A DNA stretch of 61,986 nucleotides, counting the filler, from Stramenopiles sp. TOSAG23-3 (Eukaryota): assembly GCA_900128585.1 (NCBI GenBank). It is 15 parts of 15 records of this genome, joined end to end, with 100 filler letters (N's around TTAATTAATTAA, not from the genome) between each part and the next. Parts side by side here need not be neighbours in the genome. Positions count along the whole stretch, not along the records: positions 45,589 to 49,613 come from LT643982.1; positions 49,714 to 53,738 come from LT643983.1; positions 53,839 to 57,862 come from LT643984.1; 12 more parts are not named here. The stretch is one strand, 5' to 3'. The translations under genes and the position numbers were made by a program. Within the stretch, counting starts at the first letter, position 1; each line of letters opens with the position of its first letter. The notes beneath the pieces are model-generated. The model had not been told where the DNA came from. It saw only the letters and a list, made by a program, of their open reading frames with translations, and made no database searches. This document shows, one piece after another, positions 45,717-55,317 of this stretch.

Positions 45717-47789
45717 TTACTGTTTTTCGCATATTTCCATGATCCCTCGCACTATGGCTTTCTGATCGATTCCAGACTCTTTAATTGCGGATTGATATGA
45801 TGATTGGTTGAAAGGTGGCGAAGATACTGCCAAAGCTTTACTCACAGGAATATGCTCCGATATGCATGTATAAAGCCCACCCCAAGTCGCATGCGATTCT
45901 ACTGTAATTACTTTCCCGCACATGGCATATAACTTTTTCAGTTCAAAACTGGCAATCGGTTTCAAACAGTATACATCAACTACACAGCAACCAAAACCAA
46001 AAGTCTCCTCAGAATATTTTGCAGCTTTGATAGCTTCATGAACACTCAATCCTACTGCACAAATTGTTACTTTGTGAAGAAATTTTTGTGTACTGTACAC
46101 AATATGCAACCCACCAACTTGGAAAGTTTCCGACCCAGAATAAATAGGTGGCAAATTGCAATCATTACCTCTTATGTAGGACATCCCGCCCGTGTTCCAT
46201 GCACACAAGAGTATTTGCCAATACGAAATATTATCGCACGGAATAAAGATAGACGAACCAAAAATTGTCCTGGTTATTGCAAAATCATCTAGTGCTAATG
46301 CAGATAAGCCCAACATAGAATTTTGTAGTCCAGGGTTTTGTCCAACTAACACCATGCCTATACCCCGGGAAAAAGAAGAATATGCAAACTCTTTTAATTG
46401 ATCAACAGAACGGCCAAGCTCTGATGCCTCGAAGACAAGTAAAGGTCTAAATCCTTCCGATGCCACACCCACACATATACCTACAGGCTCATAAGAGTCA
46501 ATACATAGATATTGCTTTGGATATTTAGCAGAATAATTTGTTGAGCAAGTTTGAAGTTTCTCACACAAAAAAAAGCGCTCGTCGTTTTCAGCGGCTACAA
46601 GAGAAAATGTTTCAACTATTGTGCTGGACTCATAAGAAGAGATCTTGTCGTTCATTTGTAGCTTTAGGCGACGGTTCACCAGACTGGGGTCTATTGTTTC
46701 AGAACAAGAGTACACACGGGCTTTAATTTTAGCTCGAAATCCATCCTTAGCTTCTTTTAAATGATTCATACGGCTACCAAGGTCAGCTTCGGACTGAAAA
46801 AGCTGATGAAATACGTCGATAAAATCTCTCTGAGAATTGTTTTCGAAGCTTTTGCAGCCTTTTCCTAAAACAGTCTTGCAAAACACAATTTTTGGTTTAT
46901 CACAATTCATTTTATTTTTCAAATAATCCACAAATAATGTGAAAGTTCTGCACACATCTATAGTTTTTTTCTCGCAAAAATGCCGAAGCAATGAAACAAG
47001 GCGACGATTTTTATTTAGTACATTTCGAGATTCTTCGCTTATGTCTAATTCCTCCCAAACTATTGGATTTGAGCAGTTCACTATTGCACGGAAAACATCC
47101 TGCAACTGCCGGCTATGTATAGAAATGGTGTCGCTTGATACGCTCCTTAACGCTAAGAATATATCCGTCATTTCATGCCCATCAACACATTGCGTATCCC
47201 AACCAAATGATTCCCATTTTTGGATAAAATTGTCCTTGGCAATATTATAATAATTCATAACTACTATAAAATTTTCGAGTTTACACTCTGTGGAGAGTGT
47301 TGCAATTTCCCAAGTGTAGCCAACTTCCATACCCCTTTGATCCATTACACAGAAAACCTTTGCAGGATTGCCTGTTTTTTTCTTTGCCAGGGCAATTCCT
47401 GCGGCAACACCAAACGACGTGTTAGATTCACTGCAACATGATCGGGTCCATAGGTTCCGAAACGTGGGCCTTGCTTCCAATGTGCTTTTTGGGTTGCAAA
47501 AACGTATTTGTGGATCACATATACCCTTTGCTCGAAGTTCGCGCAACGCAATCCATAAGAGAAGTGTAAGGCGGCCATCTGTTAATACAAGAATATCTGT
47601 CGAAGATGTACACCCCCAAGGAATTTGGGGATCAAACTTCATAATCTTGTACAGAAGGCAGGCAAAGACATCACTCATGGCCATACAGTGAAAAGGGAAC
47701 CCGTTCCGATGTTTGAAGGCGCACGTGACAGTGGACCACCTGAAAAGATCAGCCATCCTTGCAACTTGCAACAACTTATATGTATCCAT
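45717..47789 (-). CDS. Transketolase-like protein, probably catalytically inactive
   Basis: Colinear with transketolase (GVAAGIALA, KWESFGW..VDGH, KTVLGKG, GGMSYIR, VHEAIKAA, VVDVYCLKP, VITVESH..GGL), but the GDG and catalytic His motifs are substituted. Confidence 0.85.
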   Translation of the reverse strand: MDTYKLLQVARMADLFRWSTVTCAFKHRNGFPFHCMAMSDVFACLLYKIMKFDPQIPWGCTSSTDILVLTDGRLTLLLWIALRELRAKGICDPQIRFCNPKSTLEARPTFRNLWTRSCCSESNTSFGVAAGIALAKKKTGNPAKVFCVMDQRGMEVGYTWEIATLSTECKLENFIVVMNYYNIAKDNFIQKWESFGWDTQCVDGHEMTDIFLALRSVSSDTISIHSRQLQDVFRAIVNCSNPIVWEELDISEESRNVLNKNRRLVSLLRHFCEKKTIDVCRTFTLFVDYLKNKMNCDKPKIVFCKTVLGKGCKSFENNSQRDFIDVFHQLFQSEADLGSRMNHLKEAKDGFRAKIKARVYSCSETIDPSLVNRRLKLQMNDKISSYESSTIVETFSLVAAENDERFFLCEKLQTCSTNYSAKYPKQYLCIDSYEPVGICVGVASEGFRPLLVFEASELGRSVDQLKEFAYSSFSRGIGMVLVGQNPGLQNSMLGLSALALDDFAITRTIFGSSIFIPCDNISYWQILLCAWNTGGMSYIRGNDCNLPPIYSGSETFQVGGLHIVYSTQKFLHKVTICAVGLSVHEAIKAAKYSEETFGFGCCVVDVYCLKPIASFELKKLYAMCGKVITVESHATWGGLYTCISEHIPVSKALAVSSPPFNQSSYQSAIKESGIDQKAIVRGIMEICEKQ

Positions 47790-48278
47790 TATATAACATC
47801 ATAAAACTTCTTCTACAGCAGCATATAACTTGCCAAAAGATGCGCTGTGTATTGCGACGTTGCTCGGAAGAAATTGTGCGATATCTTACAGTGGAAAAGA
47901 AGGCTCTCATACTTTTCATACTGCTTACATCAGTAGTTTCTTCTTGTAATAGTGGCTTGAGTTTTGAGCTTTTATGTTTGTACCGGGTACCTCCAATATC
48001 GAATACAAAGAAGCGTATCCTCTATCTGGATAAAAGATGCTGTGGTCTGTGCAGCAAAGATAAATATGAGAGATTCCATTTGGAACAGCTGCGTACAGAT
48101 ATATATATATATATAATAGTACATTTTTCCTTGCCCGCAAGTGCTCAGATGTCAAGTAAGGAATTCTAACATTCAGTCGATAAATTAATTTTATGTACAG
48201 AATTGCAATAAACTGAATCTGTCACATTCCTATCAGTGTTTTCATCATATTATTAATGCTATATGATTAAGTTGGATA

Positions 48279-48490
48279 TTGTACTTTGCACGATTAGCTG
48301 ACAGGGGGTGGGGGTACCTCTCGGCGTGCACACACCTTTTTTTGACATTTTTTACCAACTTGTTTNNNNNNNNNNNNNNNNNNNNNNNNNNNNNNNNNNN
48401 NNNNNNNNNNNNNNNNNNNNNNNNNNNNNNNNNNNNNNNNNNNNNNNNNNNNNNNNNNNNNNNNNNNTCAGCTAATCGGGCAAAATACAA
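48279..48490. mobile_element. Putative small MITE spanning a scaffold gap, with 23-bp TIRs and TA flanks
   Basis: TA|TTGTACTTTGCACGATTAGCTGA (48279-48301) versus TCAGCTAATCGGGCAAAATACAA|TA (48468-48490), two mismatches. The interior is partly N. Confidence 0.6.
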
Positions 48491-49088
48491 TACCCCCCCC
48501 CCCCCATTGGTTGGTAGTCGTCTGAATACAATATTTACCTATATTATACATCCTCATATTACCTCATAATTTATACATAAATTTGTTATGGTTGGGTAGG
48601 CGACCCAAAATGTTTGGGTCGATGATTCCAGCCTCAAAAATACCTTCTTTTTTTTTTACGTAGATAGACGACTAACAATGAATGAGAATACAACATTTTC
48701 ATACGTATACTAATTTATATGGCATAAGAATAACTATGAATTAGAATACATCATTTTAATTGAACCTATGATTGTTATGTGTAGTTTATCTATGTACTTT
48801 TATAACTCTGAACACGAGTTCGGTATTTATTATATACAGCCAATGTATAAAATTTATAATTTTTGTGTACAAAGCTTTAAACATCAATAAAATATTTGTT
48901 TGATATATTCTAACTTAAATATTCCTTTCAATATATTGTAGTAAATTCCTTAAATTATACTCTTTTTTTGTAAATTTGTCCCGCGGCTTTAGTGCCATTT
49001 AGAGCACACTACCAGAGTGTGGTCTTTATGAAAAAAGGCCAAGTGATAAAAATAAAATTACTCCGCGCACCAGAAAAGAAGATTTTAG

Positions 49089-49397
49089 CAGGGACCTCGT
49101 ATTTGAAAGAAGAGCCTCTTATTTCTCTGATGGTGTGTACTATTAGTGTTGTATATGCTGTGTAGTGTAAAATGCAAAACTCTTATTTGATCCATGTACT
49201 AGTTTGTATACTAAAAACATTCATTTCTGTCAGACTTTCTTCATTCATTGTTAGTATTAATAAGTTCGTACAATTTTTGTAATAAGAGCCTCTCTATTAG
49301 TGTGTGTTGATGTCAGAGAAATAACACTTTCTTATTTCAAATATGAAAAGAGCCCTCTTATTTGGGCTCTTATTTCAATCAAATAAGAGGTCCCCTG
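49089..49397. mobile_element. Putative MITE (309 bp) with CAGGG...CCCTG termini and CTCTTATTT subterminal repeats
   Basis: Left CAGGGACCTCGTATTTGA versus right TCAAATAAGAGGTCCCCTG. Several CTCTTATTT copies and an inner TTATTTCTCTGA/TCAGAGAAATAA inverted pair. No TSD recognised. Confidence 0.6.
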
Positions 49398-49962
49398 ATG
49401 GTAAAAAAAAACACCTCAGTTTGATTCACAATAAATGATTTCAGGACCATTAGAGAGCTCCTTAGAAGAAATTAGAAAAGCGAGTAATATTATACACTAT
49501 CATTACGTGTTTTTTAGTGTTGTGTTATGATAACAAAACAAAAAGGAATAACCCGTGAATCCAGTATTTTTTATTTGATAGAGCCAGTTTCAATTTTGGT
49601 AAATTACCACCAANNNNNNNNNNNNNNNNNNNNNNNNNNNNNNNNNNNNNNNNNNNNTTAATTAATTAANNNNNNNNNNNNNNNNNNNNNNNNNNNNNNN
49701 NNNNNNNNNNNNNTTGCACGACGACGATGATCGTCAACTCATCGACTCGTAAACAAAACAAAAGAAAACGGTTTGTTTCCTTTCGGTACAATTGTAAAAA
49801 AAGATTTCACTGAGAAATAAGTGAATGATGAAAAGGAATGTGGCCAAACAAGTATCCAACCATACTTTAAACCATTATTCATTTTTCCAAGTGCAACACT
49901 TTTAATTCATTTTTATATTACTCGAAACGTGTTGTGCACTTTTTGGGGAATTCGCATCTACG

Positions 49963-51585
49963 ATGAAACCCTTTCCCACGACGATGACAACGCCGAGGCC
50001 GACCCCACCGCAATTTCTCTGCGCAGATACAAATACGTTGATGAAGTACCCTATGACTTACAACAGTCTCAATTACGATTTGTCTGCCCTTCAAAGATTG
50101 TGCTATGATGGTACTTTCAACTCCGAATTGAAAGAACAGATTCAGCGTTATAACAGTGAAAGAAACCGTGCCCTGCTTGGTAGAGGCTTTCTCTCGTTGG
50201 CCGAGACACACGCCCTTATGCTCTCTAGTAAAGACTTAATGGAGATGATGAAGCGTCTGTTGTCCCCTGAATTCAACAGAGTGATCGATTTGACCAAATT
50301 TCTGTATTGTGTGGAAACGAGTGGTCAGATCGAAGCCGAGTTCGACGGACGTTTTGTAATTGGGAAAAGGGAGCCTGTACTGGTCTCCGTGTCAACCCCC
50401 TGCCTTGGTTTGCACCAGAACGGCACAGCAGTCAAGGAAGACTCACCGGAGCACATGGCTGTGCGGTTACAAGACGGTAAAACGTACAAAATCTTTGAAA
50501 CGAGGCGGTGGTCGTCGGGAAAATTTGTTGTTGAAGCCCGAATCTACAAGAAATTGGTGTCAAAGTTGGAGGTGTGGCAAATGCTGAACAACGAGTATGA
50601 TCGTAGTAAGAAGGGGATCGGCAATCCGGAGGCACGCCGACAACTGGAGGAACTGTTTGGTCAAATTCGTTGCCAAGAAAGGATGACCCCGAAATTCAAG
50701 GACGAATACATCCTTGGGCGCTTCATTTCGTCTGGGGCGGACGGACCGGTGTACAAATGTCGCAGCAAAAGGGAGCCTGGGCTGGAGTTGGCTGTGAAAT
50801 TCGAGGAGGTCAAGTACCACAACTACCGGAGGGGCATGGACCAACTTGAAATTTTCCAAAAAACGAAAGGGATGGAAGGTGTCGTCCAACTTTATGAGTA
50901 CCTGCAGTCCCCGACCAACAGGTTGTGCTCGAACCAGGTTATGCACTTTATCGAAGGAAGGGAAGTACTGGAGTTTGTTCCTCCAGGCGGCTTCTCTGGG
51001 TTTGAGTGTGCGACGATCATGGACAAGGCGCTCAAAATTGCACAACGACTGCACGCAAGGGGCATCTACCACCGTGACGTCAAAGTGGAAAATTTGATGT
51101 ACGACCCCAAGACCACAAACTTGACCTTCTTGGATTGGGGGCATAGTCTTCTGGAAGAACCCGAAAGCAGCGACCCCGAAGATCCGTTCGACTGTCCGCC
51201 GATTACACGGTTGAACTCAACGAGTGGGTTAGGCACACCTGGACGACGCCCAGAAAAACACAAGATCGTTACGATGACGCCCGTGGAACTGGTCTCGTAC
51301 CAGTTCGCGGCAATGTTTCATAACCTTTTGACCTGTAAGCAGCTGGGAGTTCGTCAGAATCAAGCCAGCCGGAGAGATTTTCAATCGGACGAGGAACACG
51401 ATTTTTATCGTTGTCTTTTGGAATGTCGCGGCAAAAGCTTAAATTGTGCATTACAGCACAGTTTTCTGTCGAATCATTTGCGTAAGAAGCGGAAAAGGGA
51501 GGGTGGCGAAGTTCAGGGTACCCCGAACCACCAAAGGCTTAGGTTGACTTCAAACGATGGCTTGCTTAATTGGTTGACGTTTTGA
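49963..51585 (+). CDS. Divergent Ser/Thr protein kinase
   Basis: SSGADGPVY, LAVKF, HRDVKVENLM, DWG and GTPGRRPE; short atypical C-lobe; start codon uncertain. Confidence 0.85.
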   Translation: MKPFPTTMTTPRPTPPQFLCADTNTLMKYPMTYNSLNYDLSALQRLCYDGTFNSELKEQIQRYNSERNRALLGRGFLSLAETHALMLSSKDLMEMMKRLLSPEFNRVIDLTKFLYCVETSGQIEAEFDGRFVIGKREPVLVSVSTPCLGLHQNGTAVKEDSPEHMAVRLQDGKTYKIFETRRWSSGKFVVEARIYKKLVSKLEVWQMLNNEYDRSKKGIGNPEARRQLEELFGQIRCQERMTPKFKDEYILGRFISSGADGPVYKCRSKREPGLELAVKFEEVKYHNYRRGMDQLEIFQKTKGMEGVVQLYEYLQSPTNRLCSNQVMHFIEGREVLEFVPPGGFSGFECATIMDKALKIAQRLHARGIYHRDVKVENLMYDPKTTNLTFLDWGHSLLEEPESSDPEDPFDCPPITRLNSTSGLGTPGRRPEKHKIVTMTPVELVSYQFAAMFHNLLTCKQLGVRQNQASRRDFQSDEEHDFYRCLLECRGKSLNCALQHSFLSNHLRKKRKREGGEVQGTPNHQRLRLTSNDGLLNWLTF

Positions 51586-52262
51586 ACGAGCAAGAAAAGT
51601 GTGTAATGAACGCTGATGTAAAGTAAGAGTAAATCGAAACTTTTGTTCCCTGTAAAAACTGGCGTAATGCTTCCGGTACTTGCTAAACTTAATTCTTAAA
51701 AAGTTGTGTTTACTCTAAAAAGCACTCTTACGAAATTAAAATTTTTATTTTACCGATTCGGATCGTGCATGGAGTCCATCTATCGATTAGTAAAACCACA
51801 AGAGCAAAGATAAGTTCGCAATTTAGAGTGTTAGTTAGGATTAGGGTAGTATGAGGAAGCTAAATTTAATTTCTTAAATAACAGCCAATTTTCTTGCTTT
51901 AATATTTGAAAATGTGCGCGGAAGTGAAAAGAGTATTTTATTGATTAGTGAAATCACAGGAGCAGAGATAAGTTCGCGCAGCAACATGAACGTAAACCTT
52001 TAATGGACAAATGGAGCAGATGCACATTCGCGGTACACGAGGAAGTAAATTTTAATTAAAAAATCAAGATAGGATCAGGGTTGGATTTGAAGTAGTAACT
52101 GATTTAAAATGAGAGTCTTAAAACATATGATATGATACTATATAATTTTTTTTTTTTTTAATTACTTAAATACTCGTAACAGCCATTATCTTGTTTTTTT
52201 AGTTGTTGTTGGTAAAAGCGAAACATACTTCTCCGCACAGATCTGGTGGGGAGGATCGAGAT

Positions 52263-53441
52263 CTATTCGGCTGCGGCTTTCTTCTTCTTCTTCTTCTTCT
52301 TCTTTTTCTTATTTTTCTTTCGCTCCGCCTTCGCCAGTTCCAAAGCGGCCAATTCCTCAACAAGCTTTTGGCTATCGGCGTCCAGTTTTTTTTCGCTTTT
52401 GCAGGCACTGACAATGTCTGCCGGGCCAGACGTGATTTTGGAGGTGCCGTTTGGTAGTACAAGCGCGGTAAATTTCACATGAACTATGTGGTCCCCTTCC
52501 TTCTCAAAAAGGACGGGGTAGGTGTGGAGCATGTTGTGCTTGACGCACTCGACCACACCCATCTTCGATTGTCTGGTGTCGTCGAACGCGGCAATGGAAA
52601 AGGGAAGGCTGGGGTACTTCTTGTTGATTTCATTAAAGACATACCGGGACGCTTTCATCTTCAAGCGATAATTAGTCTCTACGGCACGCTTGAACACAGT
52701 CGTCTTCGTGTCCATCTCTTTCGGTTTGCCTTCACCAGTGCTCAGCGCGATATCGACGGCGTAGACTTCGTTCGCCTCGAACGTAATCTCGTCGACCTCT
52801 TGGTCGACCTCGTTCCGCTGGATGACGACCTTGTTCCCGTCGATCACAAAGCGCTTTAGCTGGTGCATAAGAACCCCTTGAATTGGGTTCACACCGTAGG
52901 TCTTGGCAACCTTGGCAATGGCCTCCGTGACCATCGCGTTCGTGTTCCCCACTTTCAACGTCATAAGGGCCACCTTTGCCGCGTCGTTCCCGGCCTGCAG
53001 GACGTCGGCCAACGGCCCGGTGATCGGCTCGCTGTTTTCAGTCCTTCCTACAACGTGGGTGTGGGCAACTACGGCAATAAACCCATCGACGTGGGCGCCA
53101 ATGTCAATCTTTACAACGTCGCCGTCCTTTAGGGTGGTACTATCCGCCGGCAGCGGGCTGTTGTGGCACACGCAGTTGTTTACACTGATACAGGTCGGAA
53201 ACGCCAGCCCCTTTTCGACTTTCTTCGACTTGAAAATATTCTTGCACTGGGCTTCCACGACCAGATTACCGAACGCACAGATTTCGGACACTGACTTGTC
53301 CGCAACACACTGGGAAATGACGCCTTCCAAAGTTTTTTGTACGATTTCGGCAGACATTTTGTACTTGGTCATTACCGTGTCGTTGGACAAGTCTTGCACG
53401 GCATTCTCGTCGAAGCCGTCTTCAGTAGCGAGGGAGGCCAT
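52263..53441 (-). CDS. PA2G4: Proliferation-associated protein 2G4 / EBP1 (M24 fold)
   Basis: VMTKYKMSAEI, KGLAFPTCISVNNCVCHNSP, KIDIGAHVDGFIA, HQLKRFVIDGNK, YRLKMKASR and a Lys-rich tail; ATG at 53441. Confidence 0.96.
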   Translation of the reverse strand: MASLATEDGFDENAVQDLSNDTVMTKYKMSAEIVQKTLEGVISQCVADKSVSEICAFGNLVVEAQCKNIFKSKKVEKGLAFPTCISVNNCVCHNSPLPADSTTLKDGDVVKIDIGAHVDGFIAVVAHTHVVGRTENSEPITGPLADVLQAGNDAAKVALMTLKVGNTNAMVTEAIAKVAKTYGVNPIQGVLMHQLKRFVIDGNKVVIQRNEVDQEVDEITFEANEVYAVDIALSTGEGKPKEMDTKTTVFKRAVETNYRLKMKASRYVFNEINKKYPSLPFSIAAFDDTRQSKMGVVECVKHNMLHTYPVLFEKEGDHIVHVKFTALVLPNGTSKITSGPADIVSACKSEKKLDADSQKLVEELAALELAKAERKKNKKKKKKKKKKKAAAE

Positions 53442-53855
53442 GGGGGATGGTGTAAAATTGCAAATGTATTTAAATGTAAAAGGTTCGTTCTGAAATATAC
53501 CAAAAAATAATAAATTGGTACAGACATAAACGGTCGGCTGTCCCACTCTTCCATTTAGAATTCATTTTGAAACGCTTTGAATCGTACCTATAGGTTGACG
53601 TATCAAATCCTTCTCTCGTTCGTCGCGTACATTTAAATTATATTTTAGTAATAGTATTATAATAGAGTCGTGTAGGTTGTAGGTCGGTAAATATTATTTA
53701 AGCACAACATGTGATATAATGAAAAAAACAAAAAAGATNNNNNNNNNNNNNNNNNNNNNNNNNNNNNNNNNNNNNNNNNNNNTTAATTAATTAANNNNNN
53801 NNNNNNNNNNNNNNNNNNNNNNNNNNNNNNNNNNNNNNTTCTTCTTCTTCTTCTT

Positions 53856-53889
<34 letters not shown>

Positions 53890-54494
53890 TCTTCTTCTTC
53901 TTGTTCCTCTTCTTCTTCCTTCTTTTTATTTTTGTTGTGAATACACATAGAATTACAATGGTTTATTAATTAAGGATAATATATATTTATCAATATTGAT
54001 ATTCCATAAATGTCAGTAATTACTATGATATTAAATAATTTAGATTCACGAAGCAACGAAGTGATATTTTACCATATAATATTAAATAATTACCTTAACT
54101 AATTTTCCATCGTCACCGTCAGAGTATCACACGTCATCGCATTTTAACATATACACAGCATATAAATTTGTTTTTAAAGCGTCGTCAAATGCATCGTAGC
54201 ATGGAAATAGGAAGAGGAAGAAAAACTTTAACCATCATCATCAATAAATCCCAGCGAGAAGAGCAAGAAGCAGCAGCAAGCAGCAGGACATTTTCATCAC
54301 ATTCCATTCTTCCGATTCAGACATTTTTTATTCTTATTATGACTAGATATACACGAAAATGAAAACATAGTCAAGTAATCATTGAATACTGAGATAGATT
54401 ACACCTTGTAAACATTGTCGCGCAAGTGTCAGTTGTCAGGAAAATTGTTTCATTTCTTGGCCACTTCGTTTGACGTTGTGTGTTGAAGAGAGGA

Positions 54495-54794
54495 ATGGCA
54501 ACGTCGGTAGAGGGAACGGGAAAGTTTAGCGGGGAGGCATGCCAGCAACACCACTCCCAACGCAGGAAACTATCGTCTTCCTCCGTAAGTGAGACGGGAC
54601 CTTTAGAGTACTGTACTTCTCCGGATTTTTTGGGGGAAATTTTTGATAGGAATCAAAGGCTAGAATTATCTTTGGATTATCAGCAAAAGCAGGAAGCAAT
54701 GCAATATTACAACTCACTCCTTGGAACGACCGAGAAGGAAAGGCCAGAGGAGACCCCCAAAACGAATCTTAAGAGAAAACGATTCTATCGTTAG
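54495..54794 (+). CDS. Possible small hypothetical protein (99 aa)
   Basis: ATG-initiated ORF in a GC-richer island with a basic C-terminus (KRKRFYR). No recognisable domain. Confidence 0.4.
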   Translation: MATSVEGTGKFSGEACQQHHSQRRKLSSSSVSETGPLEYCTSPDFLGEIFDRNQRLELSLDYQQKQEAMQYYNSLLGTTEKERPEETPKTNLKRKRFYR

Positions 54795-55317
54795 GATGCC
54801 GGGGGGCACTGAGCACAATCTCTGTGTGTGCCCATGCACTTTTTTCTGCTAGACGGGATCCGGGAGCATTCTAGGTTCCCCCGGCGCGACAAATTGTCCC
54901 CCCACCCGGATGGTTCTCTTCTCTAACGTTTACCGCGGTTTACAAGACGACTAATAAAGGACCTTTATTACTACCAAGGACCAAGGGTACAACTCCCCAT
55001 CATTGATTGTGTCATGCTTATTAGAGATGTAAATATATATATAGACTAAGCATATAAGCAAATAATGAATAATTTTTTGTGGATGGTGTTATTATTATAT
55101 TATTGTTATTTGCCATTATTGCCATGCTGAGTGTATGGGTGGGGTTGGGTGGTGTGTTGTTGTTGTTGTGTTTTTTTGAACTGACTCCTCTCAGTTTGTT
55201 TAGTATTTGGTATCTTGTATGTCATGATTGTTTTGATTATTGAACTCAACGACATAATCAAAAATTTGCTCTGCTTTTACTTTCTTTTGTTGCATTTTCA
55301 CAGCAGGTTATTGCGAA

